Source of the DNA: Polyangiaceae bacterium
GTDB taxonomy: Bacteria; Myxococcota_A; Polyangia; Polyangiales; Polyangiaceae
Direction: 5' to 3'
NCBI GenBank assembly: GCA_965222375.1
Contig: CBDCTZ010000005.1
Location: 320,001-384,000 of the forward strand
DNA length: 64,000 nucleotides
Under the pieces are notes generated by a model that did no database searches, had not been told where the DNA came from, and saw nothing but the letters and a program-made list of their open reading frames with translations. How positions within the stretch are numbered: the first letter of the stretch is position 1; the number at the start of each line of letters is the position of its first letter. This document shows positions 27,956-36,077 of the stretch, piece after piece. The position numbers and the translations under genes were made by a program.

Positions 27956-27982
27956 GCGTGCGGGTCGATACGGTCCGCACGC
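27956..27982 (+). terminator. Stem-loop after the Gly-rich lipoprotein gene
   Basis: GCGTGCGGGTCG-ata-CGGTCCGCACGC, a 12-bp stem with two G-U pairs on the + strand. Confidence 0.55.
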
Positions 27983-27998
27983 ATCCCTTGGGTAGCTT

Positions 27999-28046
27999 GG
28001 GCGCGAGCGTGTGCGTGTGAGCGGGCGTGAACGTGTGCGTGTGAGC
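27999..28046. repeat. Two 24-bp tandem copies (2 mismatches) at the truncation point of the intron remnant
   Basis: GGGCGCGAGCGTGTGCGTGTGAGC / GGGCGTGAACGTGTGCGTGTGAGC. Confidence 0.85.
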
Positions 28047-28049
28047 GGC

Positions 28050-28257
28050 GACCATTGCGATGGCCCGCTGCAAGACCTTGTCCTCAAACGTCGGAATGCC
28101 GATGGCTCGCATCTGCTTTCCGTCCGCCTTCGGAATTTGGACTCGCCGCACCGGTGGTGCTCGGTACGTCCCGGACTTCGCTCGGTCGAGCAGCGACTGG
28201 AGGTGCTATCCGTTCGAGTCTTGTTGAGACACTTGCGGAGCTTGGTCTCTCCGACAT
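28050..28257 (-). pseudogene. ltrA: Group II intron reverse transcriptase/maturase fragment (internal deletion, frameshift, truncated)
   Basis: [18 protein letters not shown], then a frameshift near 28203, then [51 protein letters not shown] (RT blocks 1-2). Homology stops there and there is no YADD. Confidence 0.9.
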
Positions 28258-28806
28258 CTTTCTCTCCTAACGGGCCCGTTGTGCGGCACTCCCTTCCCTC
28301 CACAGGGTCGCTTGGACACTTCCCCTGCTTCAATGGCTACTATGAAGGGCTCGGCCTTCTCGCCGCCCGTCCTGCGTCACTTCGTATTCCTTCGAACGGC
28401 AGTACCTTCCTTGCGAAAGGAGACGACGGGATTTCCCAGGTTCCTGGGGGACCTTGGCGCGCGTGCCTTGCTCATCGACCCCGGTGGGTCCGCTGCATTC
28501 AATCGGACCATTCGGGCTGGCCGTCCTACCCTCTTCTGCAGCGATGTTGCCTTCCGCTCTGGGTCGACGGCGTCGGCACCCACAGGCATTTTCTTTCGGG
28601 GCTCAATCACACGGCCCCCACGCTGGCTGTCTACGCTTCGCAGCTTTCCTTCCCGCTTTCGCAGTCGTACGGCCACGCAAGACTCGCTTCCGGCTGGTGG
28701 TCCACCTTGGCCGGCCGGGACTTGTCACCCGCGACGTCCCAGCATGAGGTTTCTTTCACTTTTCCTCTAGTTGACCTCCTCCTCATCCAGGCTTTGCCTG
28801 GCGCAC
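28050..28806 (-). mobile_element. Group II intron, 5' remnant (ribozyme D1-D3 region plus start of the RT ORF; no D5/D6 recognisable)
   Basis: 5' end GTGCGCC at 28806. Typical IIB motifs GAAGCGTAGACAG, GTGATTGAGCCCCGAAA, GGAAGGCAACA, GGAACCTGGG, CATAGTA..GAAGC..GACCCTGTGGAGGGAAGGG. Putative EBS1 CGACCC (28566-28561) is complementary to the exon end GGGTCG (28812-28807). Confidence 0.9.
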
Positions 28807-28840
28807 CGACCCCCAAAAACCCCAACTCAAAAAAGCGGAG

Positions 28841-29482
28841 CTAGTCGAGAACCTCGCCGGCCTTCTTGATGCCGAACTTCGCGCGCTCGATGCAGCCGTC
28901 AACTTCGCCTTCGACGTCGTCGGTTATGGCGCTCCAGGCGCGGGCCACGTTGCGCTCCATCATCGCGAAATGGCCGATCATCTCGGCAAATTTCCCGAGG
29001 CCGAGTTCGTCGATCAGCTCGCTGCGCTGCTCGAGGAAGTCGGCGACGTCGTTTTCGATGATGTCGTCCAAGGTCGCGAACACCTTGTCCGAATCACTCT
29101 GACTGGAACTGATCTCTTCGAGCTTGGAGTGGATTGTCTTGATCAAGACCCGAGCCGACCGATGTTTCAGCGACGCTATCTTCGGGCGCGAGCCTTCGCC
29201 CTCCAGAGCGTGATCCACGGCGCCCTCCGGCGCGCCACCCACGTGCTCTCCGCCGCGGACATCGCCGCCTTTTCTACGGCGACGGGCAATCACTCCTCCG
29301 GCGACCATGAACGCCACGCCCACGCCGAAGGGAACGCCTGCAACGCTCGCCCACGCATTGACGCGATCCTTCGGGGTCACTTTGCCTTCGGGTCCAGTTC
29401 CTTCGGGCGAAACTGCCCGAGCGGCGAAACATGAACTGGCGATCACGCCAGCAACGAAGAGCGAGTATCCGACCAGCTTCAT
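28841..29482 (-). CDS. Hypothetical membrane protein (two hydrophobic segments plus helical C-terminal domain), coupled to the OPT gene
   Basis: TGATG stop/start overlap with the OPT gene; two hydrophobic stretches. Confidence 0.8.
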   Translation of the reverse strand: MKLVGYSLFVAGVIASSCFAARAVSPEGTGPEGKVTPKDRVNAWASVAGVPFGVGVAFMVAGGVIARRRRKGGDVRGGEHVGGAPEGAVDHALEGEGSRPKIASLKHRSARVLIKTIHSKLEEISSSQSDSDKVFATLDDIIENDVADFLEQRSELIDELGLGKFAEMIGHFAMMERNVARAWSAITDDVEGEVDGCIERAKFGIKKAGEVLD

Positions 29483-31314
29483 CAGGCCCCTCCCCCACCG
29501 GCGAGTTCGATCAAGGTCATGGTCAGCGCCGTCAGCGCCTCACCCACGATGAAGCCCGCGGCCAAGGGCACGATGACATCGCTGATGAAGCGATGGCCCT
29601 TGGACTTTTCCAAGGTCATGGTGATGACGCAGCCGATGCCGTAGCCAAACGTGATTTCGAAGGGCAGGTACATCGCGAGACCGATGAGGACTCCCAGGCC
29701 GCCGATGGGAAACAGAGCCAGCCCACCGCCGATGAACGCTCCCGCGACGTATTTGTCCACCGGAGCATCGCCGGAAAGCACGCCGGTGATCATGCCTTGA
29801 AGCACGCTGGCCTGGGGCGCTGGCAAGCAGCCCGGCAACTTGTCCAGACAGGCTTGGCTTTCGGGACCAAAGCCGTTGAGACCGCTCGGCCCACCTCTCC
29901 ACAGAATGATCGTCGTGCCGATGGCGATGGCGGGACCGATCCAAGCCACGGCGAACTGGACCAACTGTTGGCGCCTAGGGACGCCACCAATCAGGTGACC
30001 TGTCTTCAGGTCTTGCATCATATCCGCACACTGATTGGTCGCCACGCAGACCCCGACGCCAATCGTGACCGCGACGACCACGTTGCCGCTCGTGATCGCG
30101 AGCATCAGAGTGACCGCGATCAGCGCCAGCCCCGACAGCGGTGATATGTCCGTAGCACCTGTTGCCTGCGCGACGATGAGTCCGGCCAGCGCGATCCAGA
30201 CCGCGCCTGCAACTGCAGCGACGATGGCGGCGCCGATGTGTAGCTGGCCGTCGCTCTGGATGCTCGCGATGATGGTCACCGCCATCAGCGCGAGCACGCT
30301 GGCGATGAGTCCGCCAACCAAAACCCGGGGCGACAGCTCTTCGGCTTGTTGCCCGCCCTCTTTGGCTAGTCTGGCTGCGGCGGAGAGGGAGGCGATCGCG
30401 CCTTTGATGGCGGGAAATGCGGCCACCACCCCGGCCAGGGCGCCTCCGATCAGGATCCCGATCCCCGTCGGGCGCAACATGGTGCCGTAGACGGCTCCAA
30501 CCAGGTCGTCGCCCTTCACTGCAGGGGCCCAACCCTGAGACACCACGAAAGGCCCGACGATCCACCAGGCCAGGACTCCGCCCAGGGCGAAGCCGAGGCC
30601 ACCTCGGCCGGACAACATGCCCGCGCCGAAGTTCGCCATGCTGATCGCGAGGGTCGTTCCCATCATCGCGAAAGCCAGCCCACCCACGTCGCCGATACCG
30701 AGCAGCCCCTTGAGCCACGGACCGACGGGCACGGCTTCGGGGATGACTTGGAATTTGTGGTGCGTGGCCAGCGTCACGGCGGTAGCTATGGCGAAGCCGA
30801 TCCCCAAGAACTTCGCCTTGCGCATCCCCGCGCCCGGCGTTTTCAGAATCGTCGCGACGGCCACGCCGCTGGGGAACTTCAGGCGCTCGATTTCGATCAA
30901 CTGCTTGCGCAGCGGGATGATCACCACGATGCCCATGAAGGAGCCAGCAATCGCAGCGAGCAGCACCGTATAGAAGCTGTAGTCCAGCCCGAGCAGCAGC
31001 AAAGCGGGAAAGGTGAACACCACGCCCGCGCTCGCGGTGTTGATGCCACTGGCGACGGTTTGGTTGATGTTGTTTTCGACGATCGAGCCGCAGCCCGTGA
31101 CTTTCAGTGCTTTGCGACCGACACCGCGCAGCAGGGCGAACCCCAAGATGGCCGCCACGCTCGACCCCGGCAGGCCAAAGCCGAGTTTCAGGCCGATGTA
31201 GACGAAGCTACTCGTCATCAGCATGCCCTGAATGATGCCGAGCACGATCGCGCCAACCGTGATCTCGCGATATGCGGGGGCGGCGGGGGCCTTGCCCAGG
31301 GCTGCTGCGGTCAT
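29482..31314 (-). CDS. OPT/YSL family oligopeptide transporter
   Basis: YREIT, YIGLKLG, ENNINQTVASG, IIPLRKQLI..ERLKFPSG.A.A, ADMMQDLKTGHLIG..PRRQQ, LPAPQA. Confidence 0.95.
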   Translation of the reverse strand: MTAAALGKAPAAPAYREITVGAIVLGIIQGMLMTSSFVYIGLKLGFGLPGSSVAAILGFALLRGVGRKALKVTGCGSIVENNINQTVASGINTASAGVVFTFPALLLLGLDYSFYTVLLAAIAGSFMGIVVIIPLRKQLIEIERLKFPSGVAVATILKTPGAGMRKAKFLGIGFAIATAVTLATHHKFQVIPEAVPVGPWLKGLLGIGDVGGLAFAMMGTTLAISMANFGAGMLSGRGGLGFALGGVLAWWIVGPFVVSQGWAPAVKGDDLVGAVYGTMLRPTGIGILIGGALAGVVAAFPAIKGAIASLSAAARLAKEGGQQAEELSPRVLVGGLIASVLALMAVTIIASIQSDGQLHIGAAIVAAVAGAVWIALAGLIVAQATGATDISPLSGLALIAVTLMLAITSGNVVVAVTIGVGVCVATNQCADMMQDLKTGHLIGGVPRRQQLVQFAVAWIGPAIAIGTTIILWRGGPSGLNGFGPESQACLDKLPGCLPAPQASVLQGMITGVLSGDAPVDKYVAGAFIGGGLALFPIGGLGVLIGLAMYLPFEITFGYGIGCVITMTLEKSKGHRFISDVIVPLAAGFIVGEALTALTMTLIELAGGGGA

Positions 31315-31381
31315 GAGCCGAGGCGTTTATCGTCGGCGCGGCCCGAGAGCAACCGAAAGCCCAATGCAGCGGCTGTCGACG

Positions 31382-31858
31382 CTATTTCGAGGCTGCTGCT
31401 TGGCGAACATAGTCCGCCAAGGCCTCGCCCTCGAGGAGCCGCGAAAGCCGGTGTTCATCCTGGACCTCGACGAGCGTGGCGGACGCCTTGCCCGCCACGA
31501 GCTGGCGGCTTTCTTGGATGGGAACCACTTCATCCTGTGCGCCATGTACGACGAGGACCCGCGCCTCCTGCGGCAGCTCCACGCAGCCCCCGAGGAACTT
31601 GGACGCAGGCGCCAAGAGCAGCGTTGGCCCGCGCCAGTGCCTGTCGACTATCAGACTCAACGCCACGGCGCCGCCGAAAGACGAGCCCACGACGACGTCT
31701 GGGACACGCGACTGCAGGCACTGTCGGGCCAAAGTCACACAGGCTCCGAAATCACCGGTGGGCAGCGCGGGCGCGTCTAGCTCGAAGCTCCTGCGCAATG
31801 CCTGGGCCTTGGCACCATGGGGGCTGCCCTCCAAACCATGGAGTAGGAGCACACGCAT
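31382..31858 (-). CDS. Small alpha/beta hydrolase (YqiA-like esterase)
   Basis: LHGLEGSP, nucleophile elbow GSSFGG, HGAQDEVVP, DEHRL. Confidence 0.9.
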   Translation of the reverse strand: MRVLLLHGLEGSPHGAKAQALRRSFELDAPALPTGDFGACVTLARQCLQSRVPDVVVGSSFGGAVALSLIVDRHWRGPTLLLAPASKFLGGCVELPQEARVLVVHGAQDEVVPIQESRQLVAGKASATLVEVQDEHRLSRLLEGEALADYVRQAAASK

Positions 31859-31864
31859 GGTCGA

Positions 31865-32764
31865 CTACGGAGCGCGCTCTTCGAATGTAGCCGCGCCGGC
31901 CACGAACCGCAGCGGAACGATGCCGGTCGGGCCCACGGCGTTCTTGGTGATCGCCAGATCCACCGGCCGCGCTCCCAGGGATAGGGCTCGCTCACTGACG
32001 GGCACACTCGATCGTTTCACGGGACGCATCTTGGCGTGAAAGGTCACCGCCGGCGAAATGAACTCCGTATGCGAGCTACCTACTGTCGCGATGACAGCAC
32101 AGCCTCGTTCGGCAAGCCGCCGGAGCTCCAATGCCACCGCCGCGACTCGGCCCGCCAGGCTCGAGTTTGCCGCAGCGGCCTGAACTGGATCGCCGCCGCA
32201 GTGAGCGGAAAAGGCCTGGAGCCCATCCACGACGAGCACGACGCGCTCGTGGCGATCCCACAGCTCGCCCGCCGCGCGCCGCAATTCCTGGGTACTCTCG
32301 AAGGGGTCGGCTTTGTGCAGATGCAGGTGAGTGCCAACCTTTTTGGCTACCGTGTCGACCGCCATGGTGACCAGGTTGCGAGTAGCCGCGTACTGCCACG
32401 GCTCTCCGGACCAGATTTCGCCGTAGGTGGTGACAGCGTCGGGCTCTTCACGGTGCAGGGCGCGCGACGCCAACCGGGCAACGACCTCCGTCTCGTCGAG
32501 GACGGCACTCGCGAAGATGACGGCCGCTTTCGAACGAGCGGCCATGTAGGCGAGGTTCAACGAAAACGCGGTCTTGCCGATGCCCGACGCTCCCGTGATC
32601 CCAAACATCATCCCGGTGCGCAGTCCGCCACCGAGCATGCGGTCCAGGCTCGGCAGCGCCGTGGGGCTTGCGGGCGTCAGAGCACCCAAGCGTGTGGTCA
32701 CGTCCACCTGCATGCTGGCAAGGGAACGCGGTGGGCGTCGCGGCGGACCTTCGGACTGGCTCAC
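31865..32764 (-). CDS. DnaB C-terminal-like RecA-fold P-loop protein (degenerate)
   Basis: LDRMLGGGL, GASGIGKT, LVVDGLQ, and C-terminal KNAVGPTGIVPLRF...FEE resembling DnaB KxRxGPTG.V.L.F. Confidence 0.8.
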   Translation of the reverse strand: MSQSEGPPRRPPRSLASMQVDVTTRLGALTPASPTALPSLDRMLGGGLRTGMMFGITGASGIGKTAFSLNLAYMAARSKAAVIFASAVLDETEVVARLASRALHREEPDAVTTYGEIWSGEPWQYAATRNLVTMAVDTVAKKVGTHLHLHKADPFESTQELRRAAGELWDRHERVVLVVDGLQAFSAHCGGDPVQAAAANSSLAGRVAAVALELRRLAERGCAVIATVGSSHTEFISPAVTFHAKMRPVKRSSVPVSERALSLGARPVDLAITKNAVGPTGIVPLRFVAGAATFEERAP

Positions 32765-32778
32765 GGCACCAGACTACC

Positions 32779-34110
32779 TCAACTACCGGCGGACGGCGTT
32801 GGCTTTCCGCGACGGCTATACAGAACCGCGAGCAAGTCGCTGCGAGTCACGATCCCGACGAGGCGCCCAGCCGCTAGCACCGGCAGTCGCCCCACATCGC
32901 GCTTCTGCATCAGCACTAGGGCTTCGTCCAGGCTCGCGTCCGGGCCGATGGTCACCAGGTTGTGCGACATACAACTTGCCGCGGGCCGGTCGAGACGCCC
33001 GTCGGTCTGGGCACGGCTCAGATCCCGTCGCGACAGCATGCCCACGAGCTTGCCCTCTCGCATGACCGGTGCGCCGACGTGGACCCAGGCGGTCAAGCTA
33101 GCCGCGACTTCTGTTAGCGGTGTGTGCACGTCGACGGCGTGCACAGGGCTGCTCATGACTTCAGCCACCCGGGTGGGTTGTGGCGGGTTTTCTTGTAGCC
33201 ACTGCTGCGCTTGTTGGATGACGTCATCCGCGCGCCGTTCTTTCAGCGCGGCACTGGCCGCCGCGGCGTGGCCTCCGCCGCCGAACTGCTTGAGGCAGCG
33301 CGCAACGTCGATGAGTGGGGTTTTTGAGCGCGCCACGACGTGCACGCGGTCCTTGCTGTGACCGACCGCCAACAGCACCGCAGCTGCCCCGGTCAAACTC
33401 AACAACGTACTGACGACTTCGGCCTGACCATCAACAGCACGCTCGGTCTCCACTGCGGCGAAGGCGACGGGAAGGTGACCTACGCTGACCGGAGAAATCA
33501 CGGCAAGGGCGGACTGCAACAAGTCCGATTGATCCGCGGAGAAGGGTTGACGCAGGTAGCGGCGCAGAACGGGCATCTGCACCCCACACTCCATGAGCCA
33601 AGCCAGGGCTCGAGCGTCCCGTGCGGTACTGACCGCGAAGGTCAGCGAGCCCGTGTCAGCGTGGATCCCCAACGCAAATAGCGTCGCCTCGACGCTGTCC
33701 ACGGATGCATCCCCGCTGCGCATCCGCTCCACCATCAGCGTCGTCGCCGAGCCCACGGGTTCAACTATCTCCTCATCGCCGACCAGGTCGTCGTCGGTTG
33801 CGGGGTGGTGGTCGAAGATGATGACGGCTACGTCCTCTCCACGATCCCGCCGTTCGAAAATCGCCTCGAAGTCCTTGAGTCGGCTACGTACGCGGACATC
33901 GACGATAATCACGGCTTTGACGGCAGCCAGATCGAGATCCGCTAGGCGAACGGTTGGGAAGTGGTCCTTGTGCAAGGACAGGTAACCGCCAACCTCCACG
34001 CCCACCCGCCCTGCAAGGACGATCTGGGCTCCTGGGTACAGCTTCTGTGCCGCAATGGCCGAAGCCAGGGCATCGAAGTCGGCAAGATCGTGGGTAATGA
34101 CAATTCGCAC
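32779..34110 (-). CDS. DHH/DHHA1 phosphoesterase with a C-terminal CBS pair
   Basis: THDLADFDALAS, IFDHHP, GIHADTG, GGGGHAAAASA, two CBS repeats. Start set at GTG 34110. Confidence 0.9.
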   Translation of the reverse strand: MRIVITHDLADFDALASAIAAQKLYPGAQIVLAGRVGVEVGGYLSLHKDHFPTVRLADLDLAAVKAVIIVDVRVRSRLKDFEAIFERRDRGEDVAVIIFDHHPATDDDLVGDEEIVEPVGSATTLMVERMRSGDASVDSVEATLFALGIHADTGSLTFAVSTARDARALAWLMECGVQMPVLRRYLRQPFSADQSDLLQSALAVISPVSVGHLPVAFAAVETERAVDGQAEVVSTLLSLTGAAAVLLAVGHSKDRVHVVARSKTPLIDVARCLKQFGGGGHAAAASAALKERRADDVIQQAQQWLQENPPQPTRVAEVMSSPVHAVDVHTPLTEVAASLTAWVHVGAPVMREGKLVGMLSRRDLSRAQTDGRLDRPAASCMSHNLVTIGPDASLDEALVLMQKRDVGRLPVLAAGRLVGIVTRSDLLAVLYSRRGKPTPSAGS

Positions 34111-34195
34111 GAATTTCGTCTCCGAACCCGCGGGCGCTGTAGCGTATCTTGTCCGGGGGCGGGGGCGAATACCTTTGCCAGCTCCGCCGTGGACG

Positions 34196-34597
34196 ATGCC
34201 ATACAGACAAGCGACCGACCCGAGGCAGCTGGCCGAAGAGCGCGCGCACGTGGCCGCTGAGCGCGAGGCCGAGACGCGCATCACCGAGGCGGGGGCAGCC
34301 CAGGGCGTCACCCGTGCGACAGAATCGCTGGACCGCGCGCGAAAGCGCGTGGGCGACGCGGTTCGACGCCTACGGCAGCTGGGCGCCGAAGCAGCGACCG
34401 CAGGCACGCAAGCTGATCCCACTCAGGTGGCAGCGCTGACCGAGGAGCGCTCGGAGGGCGAGGCGGAAGTACTCGAGGCGTCTCGCAGCCTCGACTTGGC
34501 TCGGCTCGCTCTTGCCGCCGCCCGACGCCGCGTCGTGCTCGCGCGAAGGGAGCACAGCGCAGCGCTGAGCGAACTGGCACGCCTGAGCAGCGGGTAG
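34196..34597 (+). CDS. Hypothetical coiled-coil protein
   Basis: Ala/Glu/Arg-rich helical ORF filling the gap between two minus-strand genes. Confidence 0.55.
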   Translation: MPYRQATDPRQLAEERAHVAAEREAETRITEAGAAQGVTRATESLDRARKRVGDAVRRLRQLGAEAATAGTQADPTQVAALTEERSEGEAEVLEASRSLDLARLALAAARRRVVLARREHSAALSELARLSSG

Positions 34598-34607
34598 CCC
34601 AGGAGCC

Positions 34608-36029
34608 CTATTTCTTGGTAACCCGTAGCGCTAGTTCCGCACCGAAGCCGCTGGGGGTCGAGAAGGTCACCTCCCCAGCTGCCACACTGACTCCGGCCTG
34701 GCTCTGGGACTTGCCCGTCGCCGGTTCAAACCACTGCAAGTCGTAGGTACCTGCGGTCATTCCTTTGAGGCCAAGATCGCCCTGGGCGTTCGCGGCGTAG
34801 ACAACGTAGCTGCTGCCCGGGTCAGCCAGCACGTATTGGGTTGCGCCAGCGGCGAGTTCGTCATGCACGGACAGATCGCTCAGCGGCGCCGCCTCCATGA
34901 AGTTTCGTAGACGTCCGCAGTCCTCCAGATCGGCCACAGGAGTGGACGCGATGTCCATGCCGAGGATCATCACGTAGGCGCCGCCCATGGCGGTAGCCCA
35001 GCTCTTCTGCCGCGCCGTCGCACCGCTGCCGTAGTTCGCAGCTTCGCTCATGTTCAGGTTGTATTTGCCGGCGGCTGTCTTGAATGCCTGCACCATGCCG
35101 CTGTGAAGCTGAGCGGCGCTGTTCTGATTGTACTGGATAGTGAATTGGTCGATGTTCGGGTCGTTGGGGAAGTCGAAGTCGAGCCCACCAAGCTGATGCA
35201 CACCGATGACGTGCTTGCGATCGTCTGCGGCACGGATGGTCGCAGCGATGGCCGAAGCCCGCGCCTTGGAATAACGCTCCGAGTACTCTTCTCCGACTAC
35301 CCAGACCAAGTGGTCGTATTTCTCGAAGCGGTTCACCAGATCTTCGACAAACTTCTTCTCTGCGGCGCCGACTCCATCTCCGGTGTTCCAGATTCGAGCG
35401 CTGTCGTCATAAAAGAAGAAGTAGATGACGATGCCCGCCTTATCCATGGCGGAAAACCACGTCTCCCACTGTTTGAGAATGTCCTGGTCCAGCCCCTTGG
35501 TCGGGTCCGAATCCACGAATGGGTTTTCCGTGGGGCCGCCATCACCGCCATGGGAGCGAACCGCCATCAGGTAGATTCCATTTGCCCCGGTCGGCGCCAA
35601 CTTGGAGATCAGAGTGGCTTGGTCGCCGGTTCTCGTGCCGTCTGGGTTTCGCGTTCCACGATAGAGAAAGCCCTCGGGATCTCCGGGCGCGCACAAGAAA
35701 TGCGAGCCCGCTCCTTGGTAGCGGAGCCAAGCGGGGTTGTTGGAATCAACCTGGATCAAGCCGCTGCCGCCGCCGCCGATCCCACCGCTACCGGAGCCGC
35801 CGCCGCTGCCGCTCGCTCCACCGGCGTTGCCACCGCTGCCCGCGTTGCCACCCGTACTCGTGCCCGCACCGCCGCCGCTACCGGCGCCGCCGCCGGTCGA
35901 GGCGCCACCAGATGATGCTCCGCCGGACGAAGTCCCCCCGGATCCAGATGGCCCGGAGGCGGAGTCGTCTCCACCACAGGCTACGAGAATGAGCGAAACC
36001 AGGCCCACGGCAATGTGACGCAACTGCAT
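34608..36029 (-). CDS. Lipoprotein: DUF4038/clan GH-A-like glycoside hydrolase plus putative collagen-binding C-terminal domain
   Basis: Lipobox LVAC, Gly/Ser linker, TIM-barrel-like core (WVVGEE, NMSE), C-terminal LADPGSSYVVY...QWFEPATG. Confidence 0.75.
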   Translation of the reverse strand: MQLRHIAVGLVSLILVACGGDDSASGPSGSGGTSSGGASSGGASTGGGAGSGGGAGTSTGGNAGSGGNAGGASGSGGGSGSGGIGGGGSGLIQVDSNNPAWLRYQGAGSHFLCAPGDPEGFLYRGTRNPDGTRTGDQATLISKLAPTGANGIYLMAVRSHGGDGGPTENPFVDSDPTKGLDQDILKQWETWFSAMDKAGIVIYFFFYDDSARIWNTGDGVGAAEKKFVEDLVNRFEKYDHLVWVVGEEYSERYSKARASAIAATIRAADDRKHVIGVHQLGGLDFDFPNDPNIDQFTIQYNQNSAAQLHSGMVQAFKTAAGKYNLNMSEAANYGSGATARQKSWATAMGGAYVMILGMDIASTPVADLEDCGRLRNFMEAAPLSDLSVHDELAAGATQYVLADPGSSYVVYAANAQGDLGLKGMTAGTYDLQWFEPATGKSQSQAGVSVAAGEVTFSTPSGFGAELALRVTKK

Positions 36030-36077
36030 GCCGACAAGACTACGCCCCGACAGGGCGACTGTCATGCACGCTGGCGC

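Noticed and set aside
28050..28806. RT fragment as a retron, DGR or defence RT with ncRNA
   Set aside because: The upstream RNA has a GTGCG start, group IIB motifs and an EBS1/IBS1 match. The peptide matches intron maturases and lacks the catalytic YADD region.
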